From contig CAVRXJ010000007.1 of assembly GCA_963725095.1 (NCBI GenBank), positions 107,287-171,286 on the forward strand: a stretch of DNA of 64,000 nt, given 5' to 3'. Both the position numbers and the translations under genes were made by a program. The stretch comes from an uncultured Acidobacteriota bacterium. Its GTDB lineage: Bacteria > Acidobacteriota > Thermoanaerobaculia > UBA5066 > Gp7-AA6. This document shows, one piece after another, positions 1-12,105 of this stretch. A model generated the notes under the pieces. The model was not told where the DNA came from. It did not search any database and worked only from the letters and a program-made list of their open reading frames with translations. Position 1 is the first letter of the stretch. The number at the start of each line of letters is the position of its first letter.

Positions 1-438
1 GTCTTCCAGACCCACGTCGTCTCGAAACGGCGCAGCGACGGCTACGAGCTGTTCGATCCCCTGGTCTTGAGGATCGCGACCCGGATCGATCGCCTGCCGC
101 CCCCGCAGCGCGTTCGCCTCCTGCTGCTCGCCGATTCCAAGGGGGAGGGCGCCGGCATCCCTCTGGTCCTGAACGTCTACGATCTGAAGGACGCCGCCGC
201 GCAGTTCTCCGAGATTCCGGCGCCCGAGGGCGTGCTCACGCCCGCCGACCGGAGCCGGGTCGCCGACCCGGCCCTGGCGGTCTTCGTCTCGCCGCGCCTC
301 GCTCCCGAGCGGCGCCAGCTCCTCGAGCGGGAGATCGCCGCCACCGGAAAGTCTCCCTGTTCCGTCCGCACGTCGACCGACGTGGAGCGCTTCAAGCTCT
401 GGACCTCCCGCGGCGTGCCCGACCTCTGCGCGGAGTAG
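1..438 (+). CDS. 3' end of a protein of unknown function (truncated by window edge)
   Basis: Frame 1 is open from base 1 to TAG at 436-438 with GC-biased third positions; no recognisable motif. Confidence 0.5.
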   Translation, partial: VFQTHVVSKRRSDGYELFDPLVLRIATRIDRLPPPQRVRLLLLADSKGEGAGIPLVLNVYDLKDAAAQFSEIPAPEGVLTPADRSRVADPALAVFVSPRLAPERRQLLEREIAATGKSPCSVRTSTDVERFKLWTSRGVPDLCAE

Positions 439-441
439 AAC

Positions 442-1798
442 CTAGGCCCGGAACACCTTCTCCGGAGTCCCGTCGACCCACCGGTCCGCCAGCTCGACGC
501 CCTGCATCAGCGAGTGGTCCTGGTTGCCGACTTCGTACTTCCAGGCGCCGAAACGGCCGCGCGAATAGATCTCCTTGGACTCGAGGTAGGGCTGGATCAC
601 GTCGAGGGCTTCGTTGCGGTCGAGGCTCGGGATCGGATACGCGTGGCCGGCATGGATCAGGAAGGCGGATTCGACGAGGTCGAGGTCCTTGCGTTCGAGG
701 ATCCCCTCCGCGACGAGGCCTTCGAGCGTCGCCTTCACGAAGTCGCCCTCCGGAAGCGGCCGGAACCCCGAGTACGTCGTCTCGGTGAGCAGCGAGCAAT
801 AGCGCGACGTGTCCCCGCCCGGGACGATGTCTGGCGAGTAGTTGGAGAGGTACGTCATCCGGTAGAACGGCGTCTTCGGGTTGGGAAAGTAGATCCAGTT
901 CTTGTCCGAAGGGGACGGGCGCTTCAGGCCGATGCCGACGGAAAAGAGGCGGTTGAAGAGCAGCTTCTTCGCCGCCTCGCGGACCCGATCCGGCGCGTGC
1001 TTGAGACGCGCCACGCAGGAGGTCAGTGGCAGGGTCGTGAGCAGCCGATCGTAGGAGCGTTTTGAACCGTCGGAGAACTCGATTTCCCGCTTCTCCTCGT
1101 CGATCGCGACGGCCCGTTTGCGGTAGCGGACACGGTCCCCGATGTGCGGAAGCACCGCGATCCAGAGTCCCAGGGTGCCGCGCGTCGCGGGATAGCCGAA
1201 GGTCGCGTTGGGGCCCCAGTCGGTCACCTTCTGCGAAAGCGCCGACTCGAGCGCCTTCTTCCAGTCGACCACCGCCACGCGCTCGGCGATCCAGTAGAAG
1301 CCCATGCGCGACAGCGGCGTCGACCAGACCTTCAGGTTGTAGGGAACCATGAAGTGCTTGGAGACGCCGGCCCCGAACTTGGCCTGCACCCACTCCTCGA
1401 AATTCGTGAAGGCCCGGTTGCGGTCGATCGTCTGGGACTCGATCAGGCCGGCGAGGCACTCGATCATCGCCTCCTCGGGGAGCGAGGAGAGGTGGTTCTG
1501 GAACGGGTATCGGACGTACCGGTCTTCGAACTTGATCCAGCTCTCCCGGTCGATGCGGCGCACACCGTCGGCTGCCGAGCATCTTGTCGAGGAAGGCGTT
1601 GAAATACGGGTATCCCGAAAAAATGATGTGGCCGGACACGTCCCAGGTGAAGCCCTTGTCGTCCTCGAAGCTCGTGGCGAGGCCGCCCACGCGGGGGGCC
1701 CGCTCGTAGATCTCGAAGTCCGTTTCCCCGCGCTCGGTCAGGCGGTACGCGGCGCCGAGGCCCGTCGGGCCCGCGCCCAGGATGACGGTTCCCCTCAT
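442..1798 (-). CDS. FAD-dependent oxidoreductase, UDP-galactopyranose mutase/amine oxidoreductase-like (frameshift ~1570)
   Basis: N-terminal VILGAGPTGL..ERAPRVGG..WDVSGH; C-terminal YSRGRFGAWKYEVGNQDHSLMQG; ATGA overlap with the upstream glycosyltransferase. Confidence 0.7.
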
Positions 1799-2549
1799 CG
1801 CGCGGCGACCACGCGCTTCAGGGCCTCGCTGCGGCGCATCTCCTCGCGCAGCGCGAAGAGGTAGCGCATCACCCGGGCGATCGTCCCCGCCATCTTCCAC
1901 GGGCGGTGGATCGACTGGCCCGCCTCGCGCGGGAAGTGCTGCACGACGACCTCCGACACCTTCCAGCCCGCGATCCGGCAGCGCGCGTAGATCTCGTCTC
2001 CCACGAAGTTGATCCGGTGCTTGATCTCGATGCGCCGGGCCACGGCCTGCCGAAAGGCCCGGCAGCCGCCGTTGATGTCGTGGAGCGGCGAGCCCAGGAG
2101 GAGCCCGCGAGAGGGTGTTGAGCCCCTTGGAGAGCACGAGCCGCACGAAGGGGTCGTGGCGCTCCTTCTTCCAGCCGAACACGACGTCGGCGCCCGCGTC
2201 GATCGCCGCGAGGAACTTCGGCGCATCCGCCAGCGTGTGCTGGCCGTCGCCGTCCACGACCATGACGACCTCGCCGGGCGTGCCGCGCAGCGCCGTCTCC
2301 GTCGCCACGGCGTAGCCCTTGTTGCCCTGGTGGTGGGCGACGAGGATGCGCGGCGTCCTCCTTCGCGAGGCGGTCGGCGATCTCCCCCGTGCGGTCCCTG
2401 CTGCCGTCGTCCACGATCAGGATCCGCCAGTCGAGGCCCGGGATCTGCGACAGGGCGGCGGCCGCGTCGCGCACCGTCTTCTCGATCAGTTCCTCCTCGT
2501 TGTAGGCGAGGAATGCCACGCCGAAGCGCGGCTGCTTTTCAGTGGCCAT
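1795..2549 (-). CDS. Glycosyltransferase family 2, polyprenol-phosphate sugar synthase-like (frameshifts ~2350, ~2110)
   Basis: AYNEEE, IVDDGSRDRTG, VDGDGQH and DINGGCRAF motifs spread over three frames. Confidence 0.85.
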
Positions 2550-3489
2550 AGATGATCACCCCCGCCGTCAGCACCCATCCCACGACGATCAGCAGGAGCA
2601 GCGGGTCGTCGATGAGCAGGGCCTGGGTCGGGTTTCCTCCTCCTCCGCGCCTGTAGACCAGGCGGACGTATCGGGCGATGCCGAGGACGACGAACGGGAT
2701 GGTCGGGGCGAAGCTTCGCCCGCCGTGCATCTGCTGGGTCGACGGGATGACGCTGTAAGCCGTGTAGGAGGCCACCGTCGTCAGCGCGCAGATGACGAAC
2801 AGAAAGTCGAGCCCCTCGGCGTGGTAGGAGGCCAGGGCGGGCCGGTGCTCCGCGGAGGAGCGGTGCCCCGCGTGCTGCAGCTCCCACTGCCGCTTGCCGA
2901 CGACGAGGAAGAGCGCGAGCAGGTACGCGCAGCCCATCAGAAAGAGCGACGGGGCGAGCCCCGCCAGCGCCGCGCCGGCGAGCGCCCGCAAGGGGCAGGC
3001 CCGCGGCCACGATCAGGGCTTCGAGAAACGGGACGCTCTTGAGCCAGAGCGAGTAGACCACCATCAGCGCCGCGTACAGGGCGCACCACTGCCCGAACCG
3101 GGGCTCCAGCGCAAACGCCGCGGCGAGCCCCCCGGCTCCGAGAACGGCGGCGGCGGCCACCGCCACCGAGGGCCGCAGCTCCCCCGCCGCGAGCGGGCCG
3201 GAGGCGCTTGACCGGGTGCGCGCTGTCGCGCTCCCGGTCCATGACGTCGTTGACGAGGTAGATCGCGCTCGAGACGCCGCAGAAGACGAGAAACCCCGCG
3301 GCGGCGAGCGCCCAGCCCGCGGCCCGTCCCCAGGGCTCCGCCGAAGAGAAAGGGCAGCGGAAGAACGAGGTTCTTGACCCACTGCGCGGGCCTGGCCGAG
3401 AAAAAAAGAGCGGAAAGGGCGCGGATTGCAGAATCCCCGACGGCCGCCGAGGGCTCGCCTGACGATGTGGCCGTCATTTTTTCCATCAT
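2539..3489 (-). CDS. UbiA-family decaprenyl-phosphate phosphoribosyltransferase-like membrane protein (frameshifted)
   Basis: RPAQWVKNL, YLVNDV.DRERD..HPVKR.RP, YSLWLK, KRQWEL and GGNPT motifs. Start could be 3489, 3486 or 3477. Confidence 0.8.
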
Positions 3490-3599
3490 TGTAACCGGAA
3501 TTCCTCCGCCGCAGGCCATCAAAGGTCCGGTCGGAACGCGGTCGGTTCGCCGCCGCCCCGGGACTACAATCGCGAGGATCTCGGGAGGTCACGAGCGCC

Positions 3600-5782
3600 T
3601 TGCAAGCAACCCGGAACCCTCCTCGAAGGCAAGTACGAGATCCTCGGAAAGATCCGCGAAGGCGGGATGGGGTCCATCTACCGGGTCCGTCACCGGCTTC
3701 TCGACGAGGTTCGGGTCGTGAAGGTGTTGCGCCCCCAGGTCGTCGAGGACCCGGAGATGAAGCGGCGCTTCCTCGAAGAGGCCAAGACGGCGATGCGCCT
3801 CAAGCACCCCTCGATCTGCGCGCACTACGATTTCGCGCTCGACGACGACGGCACCGCCTACCTCGTCATGGAGTACATCGACGGCGTCAACCTCGCCGAC
3901 CTGCTGCGGTCCCGCGGCCGTCCGGGCCTGCCGTTGACGCTGGAGATCGCGCACCAGGCCCTGCTCGCCCTGGCGTACCTCCACCGCCGGGGCGTGATCC
4001 ACCGCGACGTCGCGCCCGACAACCTCATGCTGACGAAGGACGAAGAGGGGCGCCCGCTCGTCAAGCTCATCGACCTCGGGATCGCGAAGGCGCTCGACCG
4101 GCCCGGCGAGATGACCGCCACGGGGGTCTTCCTCGGCAAGCTCAAGTACGCTTCGCCGGAGCAGTACGGGAAGCTCGCCGCGGGCGAGACGCTCGACGGC
4201 CGGAGCGACCTCTACAGCCTCGCCATCGTCCTCTACGAGCTGCTCACCGGCGACGCGGCCGTTCGCCGGCGAGACTCCGGCGGAGCTGCTCCAGGCGCAC
4301 CTGTTCGATGCCCCCCTGGCTTTCTCCCAGTCCGATCCGGACGGCAAGGTTCCCCCGGACCTGCGCGCGGCGGTTCTCAAGGCCCTCGAGAAGAAGCGCG
4401 AAGATCGGTACGCCTCGGCCGAAGAGTTCGACCGCGAGATCCTGGTCCTGCGGCATCAGTTCGTCGGCGCGGAGGAGCTCGAGGCCACCATGGCGATCCT
4501 CTCGTCGATCCCCAGCGCCGATCCGTCGTCCAAGAGCAACGTCACCCCGAGCGCGCAGGACCGCCTGAACCGGCAGTTCGGATCCCATCCGACTCCGCGC
4601 CCCTCTTCCGAGGGTCTGACGGTCGTTCCGACAGAAGCGTCGAAAGCCGCCGGCTCCGTACCGCCCGCGGGCACGGCCCGCACCGGCGCACGGCCGCCGG
4701 CGCCCCCTCTCGCGCCCCCTCCGTCACCGGCACCGCAGCGCCCCGCTTCCGAGTTGCGAGACACGCTGCCATTTCCCCCGCCGCCGCCACGGCGCTGGAC
4801 TCCCGTTATCTGGGCCGCCCTGGGAATCCTCCTGCTCGGAGCGGTTCTCGTCTGGAAACCCTGGGCATCCCGCTCGGCCGCGCCCGGCCCGATCCCCCTC
4901 GAGCCCAGACCGTCGCCCGTTGCCGCGACGGCGCCCCCTGCGGCCGCTCCCGCGGCGACGGTCGTACCCACGGCGGTGCCCACTCCGGAGCCCGCTCCGC
5001 AGACGGTCGGCGCGCCGGCGAACGCGGCGCCGACCGCCTCGGCGGCTCCCGAGCCGGACACGTCAACCCTTCGCCGCGAGGCAGAGAATGCCCAGACCGC
5101 GGCCGCGCGTGCGCGCCAGTCGGCCCTCCGGGCGCGAGCGCCGGAGCTTGCCGCGGCGCTCTACGACGTCGCGAGCCGCAGGGAGCGGGAGGCCCAGCAG
5201 CTGTTCGCGGACGGCGAATTCCGCCGGGCGCGCGCGACGTTCGAGCAGGCCGCCAGGGACTTTGCGGGTGCGACGTCCTGGATCGCGAGCCACCCCGAGC
5301 CGCGCCCCGCGCCTCCCGAGAAGGTTGCGGCACTGCCGGAGGCGACGCACGTCCCCCAGCCGACGCTCCGCATCGAGCCCACGGCGGCGCCCTCGGCCGC
5401 GCCTCCCACCGCCGAGGCTCGTCCGGACCGTGGCTCCCGCCGAGTCGCCGCCATTCCCTCCGACACGGAACGGATCCGCGGAGTGCTCGGCGACTACGAG
5501 CGGGCGCAGGACACGCTGGATGTCAACCTCTACGCGAGCGTCTATCCGTCGCTCGCCGGCGCACAGCGTCAGAACCTCGAGCGCGCCTGGCAGGGGCTGG
5601 CGAAGCAGCAGGTCGATCTCGAGATCCGGGACATCGACGTGAAGGGCACCCACGCCGTCGTGCGTGCCTTCCAGCGGCTCGTCGCGACGCCGAAGATCGG
5701 CTCCGACCTGCGCGACGCGCGGGAAAGGGTCTTCCGCTTCGAGAAGCGCGGCGACGCCTGGGTGATCGTCGGAATCGACTAG
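3600..5782 (+). CDS. Ser/Thr protein kinase with TM helix, Pro/Ala linker and extracytoplasmic C-terminal domain (frameshifts ~3610, ~4252)
   Basis: EGGMGSIY, VVKVL, HRDVAPDN, DLGIAK, YASPEQ, SDLYSL; TM VIWAALGILLLGAVLVW in the 4490-5782 frame. Confidence 0.9.
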
Positions 5783-5918
5783 CAGGCCGCAGGCGTTCGC
5801 TTCGCGAACGGCGGCCGAAAGTTTTCAAACCGGAGCCCGACCACAGAGAAAACCTTGCTTGCTCTCCGCGGCGTCCCACGTTGGCAACAGCCCCCCGTGA
5901 AGCCGGGCAAACGAACCC

Positions 5919-7288
5919 CTAGAAGCTGTAGTCGAGCGCGAAGAGGGGCGAGAGCGAGTCCTGCAGTCCCTTCCGGTTCAGGGAAAAGAGCACGTTGGCG
6001 GTGATCAGCAGGTTTCCGACCGGGTTGACCTTGAAGCCGATCGACCCCAAGCAGCGTGTCCAGGTTCGCCTCCGAGGAGGAGAGCCGCTGGAAGGTGCGG
6101 TGGATCGTCCTCGGCGGATTCTCTCCTTCGGGCTCGCAGAGGCAGGAGCCCCCGATGTTGTCCCCGGTCACCGCCGTGTACTCCTGGTTGACGAGCGTCA
6201 CCGTCTGGCTGTTCAAGTACGTCCGGCCGAGCACGTCCACGATGAACGTCACGCGCGGGTGAATCGCCCAGTCGAACCCCGCCGCGTAGGAAACCTGGTT
6301 CGGAATCGTCGAGGCTTCGACCGTCAGGGGCTCGTTGGGATCGGGCGCGTTGCTCGACCACGTGTAGCCCCCGTTGATGTGCGGCGAGAACGTCCCCAGC
6401 TGCAGGGATCCGATCAGGAACCCGCCGGCGAGCGTCGTCCCGGTTCCGAGCAGGTCCCGCTCCTCGCCGGTCGGGAGCCGGACGTCCGCCCCGAGGGCCA
6501 GGCCTCCGCCCGCCCTTCCCCGAAGGAACTGGTACTTCGCGCGGATCAGGATGTCGCCGAGGCCGCTGGCGCTCCCGCTCGTCTCGAACGTCTCCCGGGA
6601 AGAGCCGTCCAGGAACCGGTGGATGGTCGTGTTCTGCTGCGTCGCCAGGCGCTCCACGACGGCGTCCGTCTGGGCCGTGATGTCGACGCGCTCGATCGGG
6701 ATCGCGGCACCGATGTCGAGCCCATCGAACAGACCGTACGTCAGCACGAAGGCGGTCACGTCCGCGGTCACCCCGACGCGCAGCTCGGCCGTGATGACGT
6801 CGCCCTTGACGTACGAAGGCCACGTCCTGGTGCGTGAACACGAGCTTCAGATCGCCGCGCGACAGCGAGAGGTCGTCCACGCGGTCGAACGTGAAGTGGC
6901 TGTAGTTGATGCCGGCGTTGAACTTGCCCTTGCCGATCGTGTCGGCGCGCTCGGTGTAGATCGGACCGAAGCTCTGCGTGGCCCGGGTGAAGGTGCCGAG
7001 CGTCGGATCGTACTGGTAGGCGAACCCGCCCGCCGACGAGGCGAGCGGAAAGGTCGCGAGCTGTGTGGCGAGCTCGTTGTTGAACTGCCGGACGGCGATG
7101 AACTGCTCGGAGTTGGGGTCGATGAAGTGGGCCTCGTGGCTCACGACGACGCCCGCGGGCGGCGGCGCCAGCGTGATGCCCTCCCGCAGGAAATCGGTCA
7201 AGAGGTCGCGCAGGCCCGTCTGGCCATGGGCCGTCCGAGGGAGCATCGCCAGGATCGCGAGAACCAGGACGGCGCGGCGAGGGGTCAT
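5919..7288 (-). CDS. Putative outer-membrane beta-barrel protein, MetA-pathway-like transporter family (frameshifts ~6815, ~6050)
   Basis: Signal peptide, SGLGDILIRAKY, LPTGEERDLLGTG, and C-terminal ALDYSF* beta-signal. Confidence 0.6.
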
Positions 7289-7399
7289 GCGAGTCTCCTC
7301 CGTTGTTCCGGATTGGAAATTGCCGGAAGCCTACGGCCGCCGTGAGGGCCGGTCAAGCCCGCAGCACCGGAGCGTCGATCGCCGCGCGGCGGCTGCGTC

Positions 7400-8231
7400 C
7401 TATCGCCCGTCGCGCGTGAGCGCCCGATAGCGCTTCCAGTGCGCGAAGGCCGCTTCCGTGTCGCGCAGCCGCTCGCAGAGGTTGGCGGCGTTGAAATGCG
7501 CATCGGAGTCGACCGGATCGAGCGCGATCGCCCGCTCGTAGGCCGCGAGCGCCTCGCGTTCCCGGCCCAGGTCTTCCAGGGCCACGCCGAGATTGAACGC
7601 GGCCGTCGCGTCGTCCGGACGCGCGCGCGAGCGCGGCACGGTAGTGCTCCTGCGCCGCCGCCGGGTCTCCGCGCTCGTGGAGCAGCCGCCCGAGGTTCAC
7701 GTGCGCGTCGGCGAGGCCGCCGTCCAGGCGCAGGGCCCGTTCGTAGGCCTCGTGCGCCTCCTCCGGAGCGTCCGGCTCCAGCCCGCAGGCCATCTCGTAC
7801 CAGTCCTGCGCCGACCGGGCTTCCTCAGCGGGCGACCCTTCGAAGGCTTCGCTCGCGAGCGACGCCACCCGGGATTCGCTCTCGGCGACGCCGAAGTCGA
7901 AGACCGTCTGGCCCGACTCGGGCTGCCACCGCGAGGTGCCGTCCGCGGCGACGATCCGGCCGCCTTCCGCCGCGATGCGCACGTCGCGCAGTCCCTGGTC
8001 CGGCCGCTCGCGGGCGAGCTGGCGCAGCGCGCGCCGGATCCGGCGCGGCGGGATGCGGGCATCGAGGAGGCCGCGCGCCGTGCGCAGAAACACCAGATCG
8101 GGGAAGGAGAAGCGAAACTGCCCGCGCGGCCCGCGCTCGGGCGAAAGGAATCCCTCCCGCACGTACGAACGCACCTGGTAGGGGGAAAGGCCGAGGATCT
8201 GCCCGACCTCGCGGGTTCCGTAGCCGTTCAT
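7400..8231 (-). CDS. MerR-type HTH plus tetratricopeptide-repeat protein (frameshift ~7630)
   Basis: N-terminal YGTREVGQILGLSPYQVRSYVREG..FRFSFPDL; TPR units AHVNLGRLL, AAFNLGVAL, AHFNAANL. Confidence 0.8.
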
Positions 8232-8249
8232 CGGGGGCGGCCCGACGCG

Positions 8250-9131
8250 CTACTTCTTGGAGACGGTCTTCTTCTCGCCACCGTTGCCGGCCCGTTTGGC
8301 CGACTTGCCCTGCGCACCGGAGGCGGCCTTGCGGGCGGGCTTGGAACCCTTGGCCAGGCTCCGGCGGAGGGCCTCCATGAGATCGATGACCTCGCCGCTC
8401 TTGGGCCGCGGCGGAGCGGAAATCTCCTGCCCCGTCTCGATCTTCTTCTTCAACTGCTGCTGGATGCGCTTCTTGACGTCGTCTTCGTAGGCCTCGGGGC
8501 GAAACTCGTCGGAGGAAGCCTGGTCGACGAGCATCTTGGCGAGCTTCAGCTCCGCGTCCTTGACGTTCTCCCGGTCGAGGCCGACTTCGGAGATCGGCCG
8601 GATCTCGTCGGCATAGAGCAGCTGCTGCATGACGAGGCCCTTGTCCACGGCGCGCACCATCACCAGGTACTGCTTGCCGCGCGCCGCGTACTTGGCCAGC
8701 GCGACGCGCCCGGTCTCCTTGAGGACCTCGGCGAAGAGCCAGTACGCCTTCGAGCCGCCCCTGTCCGGGCCGAGGTAGTAGGCCTTGTCGAAGTAGACCG
8801 GGTCGATCGAGGACAGCGGCACGAACTCGGTGACGTCGACCGTCTGGGTGGACTGCTCCTCGAGCGCCTTCAGCTCTTCGTCGGTGAAGAGGACGTACTG
8901 GTCCTTGGCGAACTCGTACCCCTTGCGGATCTCGTCGCGCGGCACGACGACGTTGTCTTCCTTCGGGCAGACGTACTGCTGCTTGACGCGGCCGCCGCAC
9001 TTGCCGTGAAGCATGTTGAACGAGACGGCCGCCGCGGAGTTGCCCGCCGAGAACAGCTTGACGGGAATCGAGACGAGGCCAAACGAGATGTTGGCCGTCG
9101 CGATCGCCCTGCCGGTCGCTTCGCTCGCCAT
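8250..9131 (-). CDS. ku: Non-homologous end-joining protein Ku
   Basis: ISFGLVSIPVKLFSA, KGYEF, IDPVYFDKAYYLGP, VIDLMEALRRSL and a basic tail. Confidence 0.95.
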   Translation of the reverse strand: MASEATGRAIATANISFGLVSIPVKLFSAGNSAAAVSFNMLHGKCGGRVKQQYVCPKEDNVVVPRDEIRKGYEFAKDQYVLFTDEELKALEEQSTQTVDVTEFVPLSSIDPVYFDKAYYLGPDRGGSKAYWLFAEVLKETGRVALAKYAARGKQYLVMVRAVDKGLVMQQLLYADEIRPISEVGLDRENVKDAELKLAKMLVDQASSDEFRPEAYEDDVKKRIQQQLKKKIETGQEISAPPRPKSGEVIDLMEALRRSLAKGSKPARKAASGAQGKSAKRAGNGGEKKTVSKK

Positions 9132-9153
9132 GAGAGCCTAAGTCTAACAAAGA

Positions 9154-9861
9154 TCAGGCGGTTGCGGCCCCAAAAAACGCGGCGAAGTCGCGGGCGAGCG
9201 CCGGTCCCCTCCCCCGTCCTCGTGCTTGAAGAAGACGAAGAGCTCGTTCCAGGGCTGCTGCCGGTAGCTGCTCGGCCCGGCGGCGCAGATCTTCCGGCCC
9301 ATAGTCTTGTCGTCGCAGCCTCGCGTAGCCCCAACCCGTTGTGGCCCGGAGCGGCGTTGCGAGCTCCTCGTCCTCGGCCACGCAGAGGGCGGCGCCGCGG
9401 TCCGAGAGCGCCTGGAAGACGTCGTCCTCGAACCACGAGGCGTGGCGGAACTCGAAGGCCGCGCGGGCGCCCGCCGGCAGGAGCGCGAGGAAGTCCGTCA
9501 GCCGGGGAAGGTCCTTCTTCAGGTTCGGGGGAAGCTGCAGGAGCACGGGACCCAGCCGATCGCCCAGCGCCGCGGCCTGGCCGAAGAAGTAGTCCACCTC
9601 GCCGCCGGCGTCCTTCAGCCGCTTCTGGTGCGTGATCCGCTGCGAGGCCTTCAGCACGAAGACGAACCCCGCCGGGACCTGCTCGGCCCACTGGGCCAGC
9701 ATCGCCGCCTTCGGCATCCGATAGAACGTGTTGTTGATCTCGACGGCCGACAGGCGCTCCGCGTAGTAGCGCAGCATGTCGGAGGCCGGAAGGTCCTCCG
9801 GGTAGAAGCTCCCCTTCCATTCCTTGTACGAAAAGCCGCTCGTCCCGACGAAGAGCCGCAT
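9154..9861 (-). CDS. DUF72 family protein (C-terminus probably frameshifted)
   Basis: VGTSGFSYKEWKGSFYP, VEINNTFY, LLQLPP, FEFRHASW. Confidence 0.9.
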   Translation of the reverse strand: MRLFVGTSGFSYKEWKGSFYPEDLPASDMLRYYAERLSAVEINNTFYRMPKAAMLAQWAEQVPAGFVFVLKASQRITHQKRLKDAGGEVDYFFGQAAALGDRLGPVLLQLPPNLKKDLPRLTDFLALLPAGARAAFEFRHASWFEDDVFQALSDRGAALCVAEDEELATPLRATTGWGYARLRRQDYGPEDLRRRAEQLPAAALERALRLLQARGRGRGPALARDFAAFFGAATA

Positions 9862-9889
9862 GGGGAAGGATCTGCCGCGGATTCCAGCC

Positions 9890-12033
9890 CTAAGAGCCGG
9901 CGCCCACGGGCCTCAGCCGCTCCCGCGGGTCCTCGAAGAGGCCGACCTTGCGCTCCGCGGCCGGGACGTAGCAGAGCTCGAGGTACTCGGTCACCATCCT
10001 GCTCCGAGGAGAACTGGCGGCCGATGAGCGACGCGCTCTGGATCATCTTTCGCACCCACCCGCCGGGAACGCCGCTCTCGTCGCGGGCATGGAACAGCGG
10101 CAGCACCTGCTCCTCGAGGACCTGGTAGAGCGACGCCGCCACCTGGTCGTCGGTGTCGTAGTCGCTGGAGGTCCCGATCACGAAACCGGTCTCCTGATAC
10201 GGCGCCTCGTCCCACCAGCCGTCCAGGACCGACAGGTTCAGGCCTCCGTTCATCGCCGCCTTCATTCCGGAGGTCCCCGAGGCCTCGTGGGGCCGGATCG
10301 GGTTGTTGAGCCACACGTCGCAGCCGGCGACCAGCGCGCGCGCGAACGCCATGTCGTAGTCGGGTACCAGAACCACGCGCCCTCGAAATTCCGGGAGCTC
10401 GGCGTAGTGGGACACGGCGCGCAGCAGCTCCTTGCCGGCCTCGTCGCGCGGATGCGCCTTCCCGGCGAACAGGATCTGGACGGGTCCCGTCTGGAGGATG
10501 CGGCGAAGGCGCTCGGGGTCGCGGAAGAGGAGCGTCGCCCGCTTGTAGGTCGCAAAACGGCGCGCGAACCCGATCGTCAGCGCCCGCGGGTCGAGCAGGC
10601 CCGCGAGGGCCTCGACCTCGTCCGGCGGCGCACCCTGCTCGCGGCGCTCATCGACGAGGCGCCGCCGGCAAAGGCCGATGAGCCTTTCGCGCAGCCGCTC
10701 GTGCAGGCGCCAGAACACCGCCGGGTCCGCCGCCCGCGAGTTCTCCACGAGCGAGAGGCTCGCCACATCCGGATCGGTCCAGGTGGCGCGGTGGACACCG
10801 TTGGTGATCCCACGGATCTTGACGTCGTCGTCGGCGAGCTCGGGCAGCAGACCGAGCCACAGTCGCCGCGAGACCTTGCGCGTGAAGGCGGGAGACCGCG
10901 TTGGCGTGGCCCGAAAGCCGCAGCGCGAGAACGGCCATCGAGAAGGGCTCGTCCGGCTTGCCGGGCACCTCCTGGCCGAGCTTCAGGAAATCGTCGAACT
11001 GCAGTCCGGCGCCGGCGACCGACCCCTTGAGGTATTTCTCGAGCAACTCCGGAAGGAAGCGGTCGATCCCCGCGGGAACAGGCGTGTGCGTGGTGAAGAC
11101 GTTACCGGCCGCGGCGCGCTCGCGCGCCTCCGCGAAGGAGAGCCCCTCCTCGGCCACGATCTGCCGGATCCTCTCCAGGACCACGAAGGCGGCGTGCCCC
11201 TCGTTCAGGTGGCGGATCGTGGGGCGCCACTGCATCCTCTCGAGGGCCCGCAGCCCGCCGATGCCGAGAACGATCTCCTGGCGGATGCGCGTCTCCTGAT
11301 CGCCGCCGTACAGGCGCGCCGTCACCTCGCGATCTTCCGGGTGGTTGTCCTCGAGGTTCGTGTCGAGAAGCAGGAGCGGCACGCGGCCGACCGTCACGAG
11401 ACGGATCAGGACACGCACATCGCGCTCGCCGAGCGTGACGGTCACGATGGGCGGCCCGCCGTCGGGGGTCCGGGGAAGGCTCATCGGCAGCCGGTCGGGG
11501 TCGAGCACCGTCGTCGGCCTCGCGCTGGCCCTCCTCGCGGTGAAGCGACTGCCGGAAGTAGCCGTGTCCGTAGAAGAGACCGACGCCGACCAGAGGCAGC
11601 CCCAGGTCGCTCGCCGACTTCAGGTGGTCGCCCGCCAGGACGCCGAGCCCCCCCGCGTAGATCGGAAGCACCTCGGTGAGGCCGAACTCGGCCGAAAAGT
11701 AGGCGACCAGGTCGCCCCGCTGCCGCATCGCCCGGATCGCCGGGTGGGCCGGCTGCGCGTCGTCCTCGAGCCCGATCTCCGCACGGACGGCGGAAAGTTG
11801 CGCGAGGAAGACGGGGTCCGCGCCGCAGCCCGCGCGAGCCTCTCCGGAGGGCACTCCGCCAGGAGCGTGACGGGATTCCCGCGCGTTCGGTCCCAGCCTT
11901 CCGGATCCAGCGACGTGAAAAGCGCGCGCAGCGAGGGCCGCCAGGTCCAGCGAAGATCCCGGGCCAGTTCGTCGAGGGCCTGAAGGTTCTCGGGCAGCCG
12001 CGCTGCCGGAGGATGGGTCCCGAGAACTCGCAT
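9890..12033 (-). CDS. glgP: Alpha-glucan (glycogen) phosphorylase (several frameshifts)
   Basis: [48 protein letters not shown] and PLP site EASGTSGMK. Confidence 0.93.
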
Positions 12034-12105
12034 TCCGTGAGTTCCAAGGATAGCAGACAATTCGCGGGGCACCCCGTGGCGACAGGCCGTCTGCCGGCGA
12101 CGTCC

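Noticed and set aside
4680-5060. Repeat-like low-complexity DNA in the kinase gene
   Set aside because: An ordinary Pro/Ala/Thr-rich linker, not a DNA repeat array.
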